DNA from: Octopus bimaculoides | Lineage: Eukaryota | NCBI RefSeq assembly: GCF_001194135.2 | Contig: NC_069005.1 | Span: 34,652,110 to 34,716,109, forward strand | DNA: 64,000 nt | Direction of reading: 5' to 3' | Position numbers and translations under genes: made by a program | The notes under the pieces: model-generated | What the model saw: only the letters and a program-made list of their open reading frames with translations | Database searches by the model: none | Told to the model about the DNA's origin: nothing | Part shown: one piece after another, positions 24,885 to 39,299 of the stretch | Position numbering within the stretch: position 1 is the stretch's first letter | Layout of the letters: every line of letters starts with the position of its first letter

Positions 24885-27800
24885 CTGGAAAGTAAAGAAA
24901 ACATTGGATATAATGACAGAATTAAGAATCAAAAGACATCTTACCATAATACACCACACACACACCTTAAACAACATAACCAACACACACACACACACAG
25001 TGTTCCCACAATGCAACACTACACATCACCTTATGCAATATAACCCTATCCACAATGTAGCTGTGGTTTGAAGAAATACTTGTCAAGCTATACACAATGC
25101 CTCCAAATCTAGACACACACACACATACACATGCACAATGTAGGAGGCACTTGCATATGTGCTTAGGAAATCTGAGTTATTTCAATGAATATATGTTTAA
25201 ATGATTGGTTTTAAAATAAATTTATGTTCATTCAATCCTTTAATAGATTCAGGATTTGAAAATAAAGTGCACTCACCAAAGTCACAAGAACGGTGGAATC
25301 CCTGAACACAGTGCGGATGAGGTCCTGAATGGTTTCCTCCATCAAGGCATCATCGTTGGTGTGTTCCTGCTCCACTATAACTATTTTACTGTCTCTCATA
25401 TAAGCTCGAGCAAAACAGAAAAGCTATAAAAAAAAAAACAAGGATTACATATATTTAAGTCACCCGTATAATGAGGAATCAAACACAATGACTGTACAAG
25501 GTTGGTTTTGAACATGCGATCTTGTGGTCAATTATTTAATCTAACACCTTCATGTAATAAACATTGGCTAAAGGAACTGAACAATTAAAACATCTGAAAA
25601 TCTCACCTGTCTCTGTCCAATAGTAAATTCCTTGCCTTCATGGAGGACAACAGTTTCTGTGGAGAGAAATATCACTGGTAAAAATAACCATATAAACGAT
25701 AATTTCAACTGTTTGGGGTAACACAAATTACAAGCTACATCTGACAGTGTTTAGGGTAACACAGTTTAGAGGCTGGAGATAAGTGTTTGAGATAACACAG
25801 ATTATGCTGTAAGCTAGAATAAAGGTTGACCTGGGGCTAAACAACAACAGCAGATGTAAGCTTCCCTGTCTACCTTTGGCTTAATGTCCAAATTAATGAG
25901 ATTCCTCTGAGTAACGAACTGCTGACTGAGACAAGTAACAGGAAACCCTCCAGACTGTGTTACATTCAATCAGCATATTTAAGTGTCAAAGTAGTTTAAA
26001 ATGTCTTCTCAGAGAGCTTAAGCAAGTTAATCAGCTGTTGAAAGTACATGTAAGATCAGTTTGGAGTTTACCTATGAAGGTCAGTTTGACATTATATATA
26101 ACAAAAGGAAGGTGTGTGTGATCAGCATTATTGAAGAGTCAAGCAAAGGCAATCCTAAAAATACAACATCTCTATCAACATACCCAGTTTATGGGGAAGC
26201 TCTTGAACTGTGCTTTTCATTTGAACTGCATTCAAAGCTTCCCAAATCTCTGGATCTTTATATATGCCTTCTGGATCAAGATTGAACCTGAAAAACAAAA
26301 CATTTCTGGCATCAGCATTAACTAACTCTCTTTATGTTTGCTTGGTTTTAGTTTAATACAGGTTCACTTGATATACAAATTCATAGATTTACACAAGTTG
26401 TTCAAACAGATATTTTAATAAAATTTGATAATGCTTGTTGAGTTTGGAATAATCTAGATTTGAAATGATGAATGAGAAACTCACCTGACTGTTCCGTCAA
26501 ACATGATTGGGTCGTGGGGTACAATGGAAAGACGAGATCTCAGAACTTGGGACGGCACAACTGATATGTCCTGATAGTTTATCAAGATCTTTCCTTCATG
26601 TACATGGATCATCTTGAATAAGGATAAGATGAGAGATGATCGCCCACTCCCAGCATGTCCACAGAAGGCCACCTTGAAATATAGAAAAAACAACAAACTG
26701 CTGTGTAACTGGCAGCAACAGAAGGAATACAAACAACCACTGTCACCCTGACTAACCACCTCTAGACTAATCATCATCACAACATTAACATTACTAAATA
26801 TAACCATCAGCATCTTCAGCATCACTCCACCTTTACATAACATACACAAACAAACAAAAGAGCTGCTGTGTGGTCACGTGACCAGCTTGGTAGGGTAATG
26901 TCACATGATCATGTGACTGACCAGATTATCAAATGTTGTTATACATCACTGGTCACAATGCACTTTGCACTTTGTTTTAGCTTTCGAATTATGCCACCCT
27001 GCTTGCTAGGTGAATGGGCCAACATTCCTCGTGATCGGAAGGCTCGTCCATCATGGGGTTATTCATTTACTGTTGTATAGACTAGAGCAATATGAAATGA
27101 AGTGTTCCCAATCCGGGAATCGAACCCACTATCTAGCAATTGTAAGTGCAACACCCTAACCACTGGGTCACACACCCTCACAGATATGGTCATATAATCT
27201 TCTTGAAATGACACATTACCATCAAGACATACATTGTTTCTGAAAAGAAAAGACAGATGGTTGCAGGTGGAATGTTTTTGATCAAAAGTATGTTTGACCA
27301 GGAATATATATATATATATCATATCCCACAATATTACCAAACAAAGCTTTAAGCTATCCACCATCTTTATAGTAAGTCCTTCTCTACCAGTTTTTGCTAG
27401 ATGTATGGAAAGGGATCACTCCCAAAAATATGATCAGTTATTACCACAGTGTAAGTCTGCAATTAACCACCTCTACCATTACCATCACAAACAACAAGAT
27501 TTGTTACCTTTTCCGCATCTTTTATAGTAAAAGTGGCATCCATAACGACGGGGCTCTGTTCAGGATCATAGTTTAAGGCAATGTGTTGAAATTCAATGTC
27601 ACCAACATCTGGCCAAGACTCAGGGACCTCAATGCAATCTGTAATATAAAGACAAAAGCAAAATAACATTTTAGAATGAAGGCAAGAATGAAGAACTGTA
27701 ATTTTAAAAAAATACATAATTACTCTATTTGTTTGGCTAAATATAGTTAAAATAGCATTTCTACTTTACAAACAATAATTTAGGGAGAGAAAATGATCAG

Positions 27801-30800
27801 CACACTTTTGCATTCTGAGTTCAAATCCATCTCATGTTCACTGTAATCATCATTCTTCCGGGGTCAATAAAATAACTGCAGATTGATATAATTCACTGTT
27901 CTCTTTTCCGAATTGTTTGTCTATGAATGAGTTAGAAATTACTATTTTTCACTGTCTACGTCCATCTTGTCTTTATTGTCAGGCATTAAATTGAACATTA
28001 AATATGTACAGACAGTTTGGAATTACTGAAATGAGATCTGACCGTTATGTTGAAGCACTGATCAGGTTCCAGAGCTACTTAGAAACTCTGACATTAATTC
28101 AAGCAGAGACTTGCCAAACATTTCAAGACATTACCAGCAGCAATGTATAGAGCTGTAGGATGGCAATCAATGGTACAAGACTTCAATAAATTTTCAAACA
28201 GACAGTAAAAATGATGACACACCTGGTGGATCTACTGAAGGTGGTGTCTCACAAGCATATTCCACAACCCTCTCTAAAGACGAGATGTTGTTCTCTAGTT
28301 CTGTTGCATGACGTGCTATCATGTTCACATAAATTGGCATCTGAAATAGATAAAAATTCTACAGTGCAATGAGGGAAAAATACATCAATATTACTTCACA
28401 GATGTACAGTAAAATAATGATAAAACCATCCAAGAAATTTCTCTACTCAAGAAGAGAACCAAAGAAATATGAATTAGCATGTATATATATTATACAGGTC
28501 GTATATAAAGGTTTTACAGAAGAGTATTGGCTCAGCTGCCCTGAAAATTCCAGCATTTATCTCCAGATTAATGTTGGGCATCATAATGACATCAGTCACA
28601 TTGTTTCTGATTTCCAATTTACATTCAGAATAGACAGTGATGTTTTGTATTTTGGTCAGTGAAAAGTTTAAGATTTCTCTAAGAACTAATATTTCATTCC
28701 CTGCATCACTATCCAGTCAGAATGCAAGAGGTTAATATTGGAAATCTGATATTAAATCCCTTTTTAATTATTCAATCAGAAACTGGATGCCAGTGTTGCA
28801 TATGTGAATCAGTTACACAATTCTCCAATGCAGGTATTGTTTATCAGAAATATATAAGAGCTGACCAGTCCAGCTGGAAGGGGAATTTCAGAGACGACTT
28901 GTAGGGGTCAGCAAAACTAACAAAGGAAATGTGAGCCTGTGATTCTACCAAAACATGAAGAAATCCTCAAATTCTACTTACCATGAGAACATTCAACATA
29001 CAGAGTCCAACTAATGTGCCATTTTCTTCGTTTTGGATGGAGAAAGCCAAGCTACCAAGTGATGCCAGTAATAAAATAAGGCATCCAAGGAAATCCTGCA
29101 ATAAGAAGTTCTTGTTAGAACAAGTTAACCATTTAAGTGGACAGAAACATTATTCTGGGAAGCTTATAACCATTGTTATTACAACTGCTGAATGTGATCG
29201 ACTGGCAGAATTGTTAGCACCATGGCAAAGATACATTGAGACAGTTGTTCAGACACTTTACATTCTTAGATTTAATAAAGTAAAAGATCAGTTAAGGCTG
29301 GGGTCAACTTGATTCACTTATGCCCCCAACCCACAAAAATTGCTGGCCTAATGTTGAAATTAGAAAGAGTAACACTTACCAAACGTATGGCTAACCACCG
29401 ATTCACAGCATGAATGTACAGGAAGACAACATTGAATACGTTTATTGCATGGGTGACATAACCAGTAAACCAGTACTGTACCCTGAAAATAGAATTTAAA
29501 AACAGGCAACTACAAGTCATGTGTTCTATCAGTTGTTTGACACTGAGATACTAAAAATTAGGGACTCAACTAATTTTTAGTTTTAATTACCGTTGCATAA
29601 TCATTTACACCACTCTCCCTAATTTGACTTCAGTAATTTTTAGGTTTTTGAGAGGAGAGCTAACTTACCTTGTTATTCCACTTCAAGAAAAATACAGGTT
29701 ATGATCATGTATTTTGATATATGAATGGTAAAGGACTGGCGAAATAACTAATTAATTAAATAAAAAATTAGTAATAAGCTGATAAATTAAATTAGTTGTG
29801 ACAAAAATGAATAATGGAAAACATTCAATATACCTGTAAGCTCTAATTGTCCGAAGTCCACTAAGAATTTCTGAGAAATGGTTAAAAAGAGGCAGTTTGG
29901 TAAGATTCTGAAGACGATTGAGCTGTCTATAAAATAGAAGAGAAATAATTTGCTGTAGAGAGTAGATTAATGAAAACTAGAATACTTTACCAACTCCACA
30001 CACGTTGGTTTGTGTGTGTCAGTTACACTCTACTTTGCTGACAAAGTATATTCTACTCTACCTGTGTAAACTGTGGGTATGGGAGTATGATATCACATAT
30101 ATACAATAATCTATACCCTTCTCATTTTCCCCATTTGTCTCTGCTGACGGAATAACCCAGAAACAGCTGTAAGACTGAATTTTTTTCCAATAATAATAAT
30201 GTATATGACTCGAGATGTTTGCCTTGTCTTAACGTTTGTTTTCCTATAGATACTGAGAGGTAATATTTATCTTTACTTAAACAAGGATGTCCTGTTACAA
30301 TAAACTATAGAGCAATAAATACTACAAGAGAAACTCTCATATTGACTTTTGGTGCAAAAGGAACTCTTGTTTCTATCCCTAGTGATGTAAACAACATTCA
30401 TCATCATCATCATCATCATCGTTTAACGTCCGCCTTCCATCTTTCTCTATTATTCTTAATTGTACATCGAACACTTTAGCCGTACTCCATCCACTTTCAC
30501 TATTTCACATTTCCTCTACTCTTCATGTTTCCTCTTCGCTTTATATTTACAAAAAACTTGTTTGCAAAATAGTCACTCCTATTTTTTTACTATAAAGTCT
30601 GTCAAGTACATTAATTATTCAGCAAATACAGAGAGCAAAACTTATGGAAAGCCACTTTTAATTTAATGTAGTCCGTTCCTATACATACACACAAACACAC
30701 ACACACACACACAAGCATCTACCATGCATAAACAAGCCTTGTTTGACAGGAAAGCATTAAGAAAACAGGAAAAGACTAACCTGATGGAAGGTCGGTAAAA

Positions 30801-33800
30801 TTTGAAGAGCAGATAAAAGAGTATTATTATAGGAACAGTGGCCAGTACAAAATAGGGCATGGCTATAGAACAGATGACCAACACTATGATTGCTTGTAGT
30901 AAGAACCTCAACAATAACTCTATGGTTGTTGGTAGGATCTGAAATAAACAGGATAGAAGTGGATATAAAATGGTATGTAAAAGTACAAAATTATGGTGGT
31001 GCTCTAGCATGACCACAGCTACATGGCTGAAATGATTAAAAGCATATGTGTGTGTGTGAGTATACAATCAGTGTACTGAAAAGATGCTCTTGATCAAGCA
31101 CAAACAGGACATCTACTCCTTCAGTCCAGGGCAAAACTCTGAGTAGACTCAATTTTGATATAATGAACACGCAGACATACACAAAGAGAGACATATCAAT
31201 GCAGTATTCTATGGCCAGATTCCCTTCCTGATGCCAGTTGTTACTTATATCCCAATAAATAAGTTACTTATTCCACTGGAATCTGAATGGATGGATGAAT
31301 ACAAAAATCTCTCAAGTGCTTTGCGGTCAATGCCTATAGAGAGAAGCAAATGTTCATTTTCTTCATTTTGCATCCATTTTGCTGTAGTGGACAGGTTGGA
31401 GAGGTAATGTCATTTTTGACCACAGTATTTTATTATAACCAGATGATCTTCATTGCTTACCATTTTTTGTTTTACAGATAAGAAAGTTTTCATTCCATTA
31501 TTTCAAGAGCACAGTTATTGCATGAAATATTCACCAGAAACGTAAGTACATAAACAACATATTTTTTTACCCACGCAATCTCAAGCAGAAATGACAACTT
31601 TCTGCTGTACGCGTGCATACATACAGATGTAAACATAATCACAAACACATATTACCCAGTGCCTCTGCATATCTTGTGAGAAAATGGATCTATAACTAGA
31701 ATGACCCTTTCCAAGGTGCAGACGTAGATAAGGTTCGGAACACCAACCGCTTCCCATGGCACCAATGCTGAGGGAGAGAGAGAAGTGAGTGGAGGCATGC
31801 TCAGCTGACCAACACCACAGACACTCAAAACATTGAACTTACCTGGTCAACAATACGACTGTCGGCTGAGAATGTATTGAGAATAGTGGCAGGTGGTGTT
31901 GACTCAAAGTGACTGAAACAGAAAATAAAACAGTCAAGCACTCACTTATTGAATGTTGTAGTTAACAGGTAACATCAATCAGTTCTGGTCAAGATACACT
32001 TAGCACATGCTACAAGCCTTAGTTTATACTTTTAAGACATGGATTTCCCCCTGGCCTACTTAATATCCAAACATACATACAGTAGGCATATAGGCCCATA
32101 ACATATACTTGTCAAACCTTCACTCACCAACACACCACAATCACACGGATACACTATATCCTCTCGCTGCCTTTTATACTGCAACTACAACAGCTCCTGC
32201 TCACAGGAACTAAAAAGCTATCTATCAAAACTGTTTCACTTACATCACAGGTAAACTGGTCAAATAGTGAAGCATCTTCTGATGAAGTCGGTCAGCTCCT
32301 CTCACTGTAGTGAACTTTAGTAATAGACCAGTCAACACTGTGACTGCCACACAGCTTAAACAGATGACCATATATAAACCAATATAGTAGGTGTGGTTGA
32401 CAGGTGTGAGCTGCAGACAGAGAAGAAAACAAAGGATCAACATTGTTACATTTTATGTGTGATTAGACTGTAGAAGATTGTCACCAGAAATCAAATTTAT
32501 ATTTAGTGTGAAAGGGATAGACCCAAGAAGTGGGATGAAGTGGTGTGAAAGGCTCTTGAGACACTGGGCCTCACTGAGGAAATGACATGGGACCAGGAGT
32601 TGAGGTGATTTGCTGAACTTGAGAAGATGTGTCCAGTTAAGAAGAATCATGGTCATCCATACATACAGGCATGTCTTTTGCAAGTGCCAGTGCCACATGA
32701 TGTACACATGATTGAAAGGTGAAAAGAGAAAAACAAAAAAACCACCTACCTTTGGACTGGTGATGGAATTATTCTGATGTATTTCATAATGCACAGAGTG
32801 TTTTGAGTACATCCAGTTAGCAAGCCAAAGATCAGAGGTGACGATTAAAGTGTGTTTGCACAAAAGGAGTATCACCAATAATAGAACCAGTGAAGAGGAG
32901 CAGAGTTTCAGGAATTCAAAACACATGCCAGTGGAGATTGAACCAAGGTCACGCAGATCCAGTTTTAATGATGGACTTTCTTCTTCTTCATTGTCCTCTA
33001 TCAGATAACAAACAGACATCATCATCATCATATACACACACACACACATTACATAAATAGCTTTTTTTTTAGTAATACTTACTTTTACTTTTCCATTACA
33101 TGCAAACCATGTGTGTATGTATACACATACATACATACATACATGCATAAACAAACAGACTATCTACACACATGTGTACACAAATTATGAGTTAACCTTC
33201 AATATTATATCAATATCAAAATTAATTCCAGAAAATACTTTTCCAAAATATTTAGAGAGAAAGAAAGAAACATTAAAGATTACAGAGAAATCTTAGAGAT
33301 ATTCTGTAAAAGAATTGCAGATTGAGAGAAATGAATCCACACAGATTCTCCTTTGTAACACAGCAGCAATGGTGGATTTATTATCACCTTCGCCTTAGCG
33401 AAGGCAGATGTATTGTTTGCAGTCGCATTTGTTTGTTTGTCTGTGGACAAAATATCTCAAGAACCACTGGATGGAATCGGATGAAATTTTCAGGGATGTT
33501 TGGCCTTGGGATTGGCATGAACTGATTAGATCTTGGGATCAATCCGGTACCGGACAAGGATTCTGGATTATTTTACCACTTTTTTTACTTAATTTTTGAG
33601 AGCAGCTGCATTCATTTTTAGTATTCCCGTTTGTGAGAGCAGTGAAGTTTATTTCAGATATTCTTATTTTAAAAATCATCTCCGGCTAATTGTTGAGAGG
33701 ACATTGGTGTTGCCTTGGCGGGGATTTGCGCTCTCTAAGTGCTCTTGTTAATTTTGATTTGTAATTAATAAGTTGTCAGAACAGATCCATTACATTCTTT

Positions 33801-36800
33801 AAAATGAAATCATTTAGGATTCATCTTCTTAAGTTGCTACTTTGGTCAGGTGCATGTCTCAGGTAAACAATTGATAAAGAACAGGTGGAAGAGTAGAACT
33901 AAGGAGAAACGGGTTTCCTGACTCTGTAACCGCAACTACAACCACATGCTGGGCAAAATGCTTAGCAGCATTCCATCCGTCTTTACATTCCAAGTTCAAA
34001 TTCTGGCAAAGCCAACTTTGCCTTTCGTCCTTTCAGGGTCAATAAAGTAAGTACCAGCTGAGTACTGGAGGGGGGGGGGGTCAATGTAATCAACTTACCC
34101 ACTTCTCTGAAATTACTGTGTGTGTGTGTGTGTGTGTGTGTAAAATCTACAGCTCTGAATCAACTGTCAACCTTCTCCTTATATTCAGACCAGCTCAATC
34201 TTCACTCTTGCACATTGCATCTGATTCCTCTGAGACAAGTTCTTTTTTTTTTTCCCTTCGGTTCAGTTGTATTATTTAAACACTGGGAAAAAGACATCTC
34301 TTCCGACCAGAAATGTAATGTTTCTTTCCAGACAGACAAGTTTGTCAACTCTACTAGTGTCCATAAGAGAGGGACAACTAAAGAGCGTTAATATTCTGAA
34401 AGAGAATAAATAGCACGTGTGTGTGTGTGTGATATGCATTAATGTGGCAGAAAAGAAGAAGGTGCATTAGTTTTGCATAAGTGTTTAAGCAGAGATTTAA
34501 CATGTGGTATACAATACAGGACGGTGCATCACTTGCAACTCTTCTACAGTGTACTACATGAAAAATACTACATATTTATATTGACTACCAGTAATAGTAG
34601 TGATAGTAGCAGTGGTAACAATAGCGAGGAGGGGAGGGTAGGAGGAGCCAGTGCAGAATACTTTACGTTCATAACATGTCTCCTTTGTGTAGTCATCAAG
34701 GGGAAGTAAATCATCTGAAAAAAGGTGACAGTTTAGAAGTGATACAGTCCAACCGTTCGGTAGTAAATACGGGCATTAACTTACCTCATAACAAGATTCC
34801 ATTTACAGAATTAACTGTTTCTGCTAAACAATTCTGGTTCTGGTCACCCCTCTCCCCTCTTTAAAAATGCTCACTATATACATAATATATACACACAACA
34901 TTATTTATATACATAATATATACACACAATATTATTTATATATATATATAAACTAGCAGTCCATCAGTTAGGACAATGAGTGTTCCAGTGGATCCAATCA
35001 ACAGAGCAGCCTGCTAATGAAATTAACATGCAAATGGCTGAGTGCTCCACAGACACACATACCCTCAATTCTCTCAAAAATATAAATGAACTTTAAATAA
35101 CTGCCATGACACTGACAACAATGCTGTAATTGTTACACAATAAATACTTTAAAAACGAAACTCTAGCTTTCTCGTCACTGTAGCAAAGAAGGAACTGCTG
35201 ACAGGTGGACGGTCAGCTTTCTCGTTCTGACTAAGTCCTTGGAAATTGGTTTATTGTATAAAAGAGTCGACAAAGACATGGGTGCATGCATAAAGGCATT
35301 CATTATGCTTGCACAAAACACATGCAAACACAGGGAAACATTCACAGATGATGATTGTGTTCATGCAAATATAGAAACCAGAAATAAACATGCATGTGGA
35401 CCCATACACACAGACACAGAACACAGGTATATACAAATCTACATACAGCCATACAAACAAACATACAAGCATACAGCTGAAATTGCTAAAAAAAATATTT
35501 AGCGTTTCTACATCAGACTTAAAACATTAAACTGTTTTCTGCAGAAAATACATGAAAATCAAATAAAATCATATTCTAAAAATATATAGTCTCCATGAAG
35601 TGTGCGTGTGGTGTATGGCAGTACCATATTTCTTCAAATAGGTAACAGTAAAGAGTAAAAACTCCCACCTCCTTTAGTCATGAATGACCATGGAATGGCA
35701 CCTAGAAAGTTCCCCTCCAAGGCACAAGTCCAAGCAAGGTTGTTTCTGGAAGACCAGCAGTAGCCCATGCATACCAACCCACCCTCTCCACACCACCAAT
35801 GTTATCCAAGGGAATGACAAAGAGCGATACAGCTTGGCACCAGTGATATCGCATCGCATTTTTACAGCTGAGTGAACTGGAGCAAAGTGAAATAAAGTGT
35901 CTTGCTCAAGAGTACAATATACAACCCGGTCTAGGAATTGAACTCACTACCTCATGATTGTGAGCCTGACACTCTAACCACTGAGCCATGTGTCTTCAAA
36001 TACAGGTAGAATATATCACAAGTTTTTTTACCCAGGTGGGCGATGGAGCATTTTTTGGCCAATAGGTAGGCAATATTGCAATTTGGCACAAAAGGTTTAA
36101 GAAACACTGCTTTAGGGTCTGGAACTGTAAAATAATTCAGATCACATCTAGCACACACACACACACACATTATATATTCAAGATGTTGTTAGTGTAGGGT
36201 GTTCCAGACAACATTAGTGACTCCGTCTACAGATGTGTCACACCAACTCAGCGATGAAACATCTATGTGGCCACTCAACTACCTGGAAGCAGGAGCCAAA
36301 TCTCCCTCAGATCACAGTCAACTATCTTGAAACACATTAGATGTTGTAGTGCCAAGATACATTGTGGCTGAATAAAAGACAAAACGGTCACAGTTAGATC
36401 ACATTTTTGTATCATTTGTTGGATTAAGGGGTGGGATTAGTGGGGGATAAACAGCACTCACATTATACTACATCCTACCATCATAACACCACAACCAGAT
36501 ATACACACACATATAATTGTGACTTTAATGTTAGACAAGATACTTACCTTCTTCCAATCCATCATCCTCAAGACTATTTTCTGTCATTACAGACATCTGT
36601 GATACCTGACGACTAATTGGTATCCCAAGGTTTGACTGAAACACAAATATATATACCAGTAATATACAGGGGTTTAAACACACAACACACAGGAAATTCA
36701 TTTGCAAGTTCAGTGAACCTACGACTAAAGATGACCTTAAATGTGTCCTTTTTTTAATATTATAAAATGTTAAGGAAGACTTAGCTACTATTTCTTGCAG

Positions 36801-39233
36801 ATTGAGCAACTATATAGAGACTCCACATTAACTCATGCCTTTAAAAGTAAATGTGAATCCACTCAGAGAAGGCTCAGCACACTTCTCACCTGTAGCCACT
36901 GCTGTCCCTTTTCATAGCTTTCTTCATGTCAATATATATGAACACACACACAAAATGATTGGAGACAACATACCTGTATAGACAGCTTGTGTACTGGTTC
37001 AGAGATATGGTCAAAACTAGTTCGCCGGTGCTTGTCAAACTCATGGTCAATATCCTGCCTGGAAGTTAACAAAAATACCACACCAATAAAATATAAACTA
37101 CACCTTGCATATATAAATAAATAATAAATGCGTTCTACTCTCTGTTTCGATGTTGGCCATACTGTCTTCCAAATGTATTACATTGTCCCCTAAGGTATCT
37201 CTTTGTAGATCTAAACCCATTCAGCATGTCAGAAATCAACTCTTCAGCATTTAAACTGACCCAAATATTCTTCCTGTTTTATGGTCAAACTGGCCAGATC
37301 CAGTCTCTCTCACCTACCCTACAATGCTAGTTCTAAAAAATATTCAATCACACAATTGAAATCTCAAAGTTACAAGATAATGCTGGATAAATTCAAAAAC
37401 ATGTGGATAAATAAATGTTACATTTGATAGAATAATCTGAATGCTATATGGTTTTAAAAGGGCAGCATCTTATTTGGAAACTGTTTTAAACTTAGATCTT
37501 TAGAATACAAGGTGACCACACTAAGCAATGATGTGGATAAATACAAACTTGCTACAAGATTAAAATATGCTTGAGGCACATTCAAATCCATAATAAAGAT
37601 GACTCACTGTGTTTTGTCACGGAGAAAATTTCTTGTCAACAGCAAGAAAATATAGTGAATGGCATTCTTACAGGTTTATTAAATATACTCCAAACAATTT
37701 AAACTGATAACGAGTTTAGATCTTTGATACTTCAGAGAGATTACATAGGAAATGAGTTGAAGTGTACATGTGTGTGTGCGCACGAGTTTAAATTTTAGAT
37801 CAACATAGAGGATAGTCACCCGAAACAATCATTGTTTGCCCTGGAACAGTTTCAAAGTTTCAGCCTAGGGTTCACACAAATGTTCTACAATAACAGTCTC
37901 AATGTACAACAATGATTGAGGGACAGACTCACACTGTACTTACGACACTGTATAGGCCATAGTAATACTGTACGTTCAAAGGACACAACATGCAATTAAA
38001 GATCACACAAGTTTGGTATGAAAATATTTTGAAGAAGATGGGGTGAAGGTAGAATAATAGAAAATAACTGTGATAAGGAATAAGAAGAAGAAAAAAAGAA
38101 AGAAATAGAGTAAAGTATTGTGATTACAAAAATAACAACAACAACAGCTGAAATATTGACTAGATGGTCATGTGACTACTTAATTCATTAGGCATATAGA
38201 ACAAAATGGTTTGGCGAGAAAGCATTATAGAATTGTTTATGAGGGGGAAATAAGAGGGTCATCTCGTTGGCTTTGCCATCCATTGCACACCCATACAACC
38301 TTTAAATTTTAAGGTCTTGCACATTTTTATTGTCCCCCAATACTGTGATTATCTCAGGTTTATGAATTATCAACAATCGAACTTCAGCCATTCATTCATC
38401 CAAATGTTTTGGTTATAATCCCTATCACATTAATAAATGGATAGAAAGTAGGACTTTGGGTGGGGTGGGGGACTAAGGGATTTGCACACTCTTCATGTAT
38501 GGCTCATGTCATCTCTTTGTTGTAGTTTTCTTACTGTGTTGATGCCGTGTGTGTGGATTTGAGTTAGCAGTTATTTTGTAATTAGCTATAAATATTTCCA
38601 GTTGTTGCTGTTGTGTTTGTTGTTAGTAAAAAAACACAACATTGAAGAAACAGAGAAGAAAAGTAACAACAGCACGTACAATACAATAATAAAAAAAAAA
38701 AATAAAACAATAATAATAATCCTTTCTGAAATTTGGTGGGGAGTAGGTAAATCAGGTACATTGATCCCAGTACTCAACTGGTACTTATTTTATTGACACC
38801 CAAAAGGATGAAAGGCAAAGTCGACCTAGGCAGAATTTGAACTCAGAACATTAAAGTCAGACGAAATACCGTTAAGTATTTTGCCCAGCATGCTAACAAC
38901 TCTACCGGCTCACTGCCTTAACAATAATAAGAATAATAATAATAATAAAAAAAATAATAGTGGTAAGAACCTGGTCAGAAAGAACACAAAAGTACATATA
39001 TACATATATATATATACATATATACATACATATATATATATATATATAAGAATAAGAAAGCATTCACAGAAGTAATACCTCTCAGCCAAACTGGATCTCC
39101 TGAAATCAAAGAATCAACAGATTAAATATTCCCCAACAGAACTTGACCAACATTCTTCAGAATAAAGTTGCACAACAGAATAAATAAGGATATATGTATG
39201 TTTGTATGTATATATGTAAGATAGATAGATATG

Positions 39234-39299
<66 letters not shown>

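Noticed and set aside
34200-34400. Strong minus-strand acceptor at about 34396 inside a SUR intron
   Set aside because: The required phase-1 frame hits TAA within two codons and no matching donor was found.
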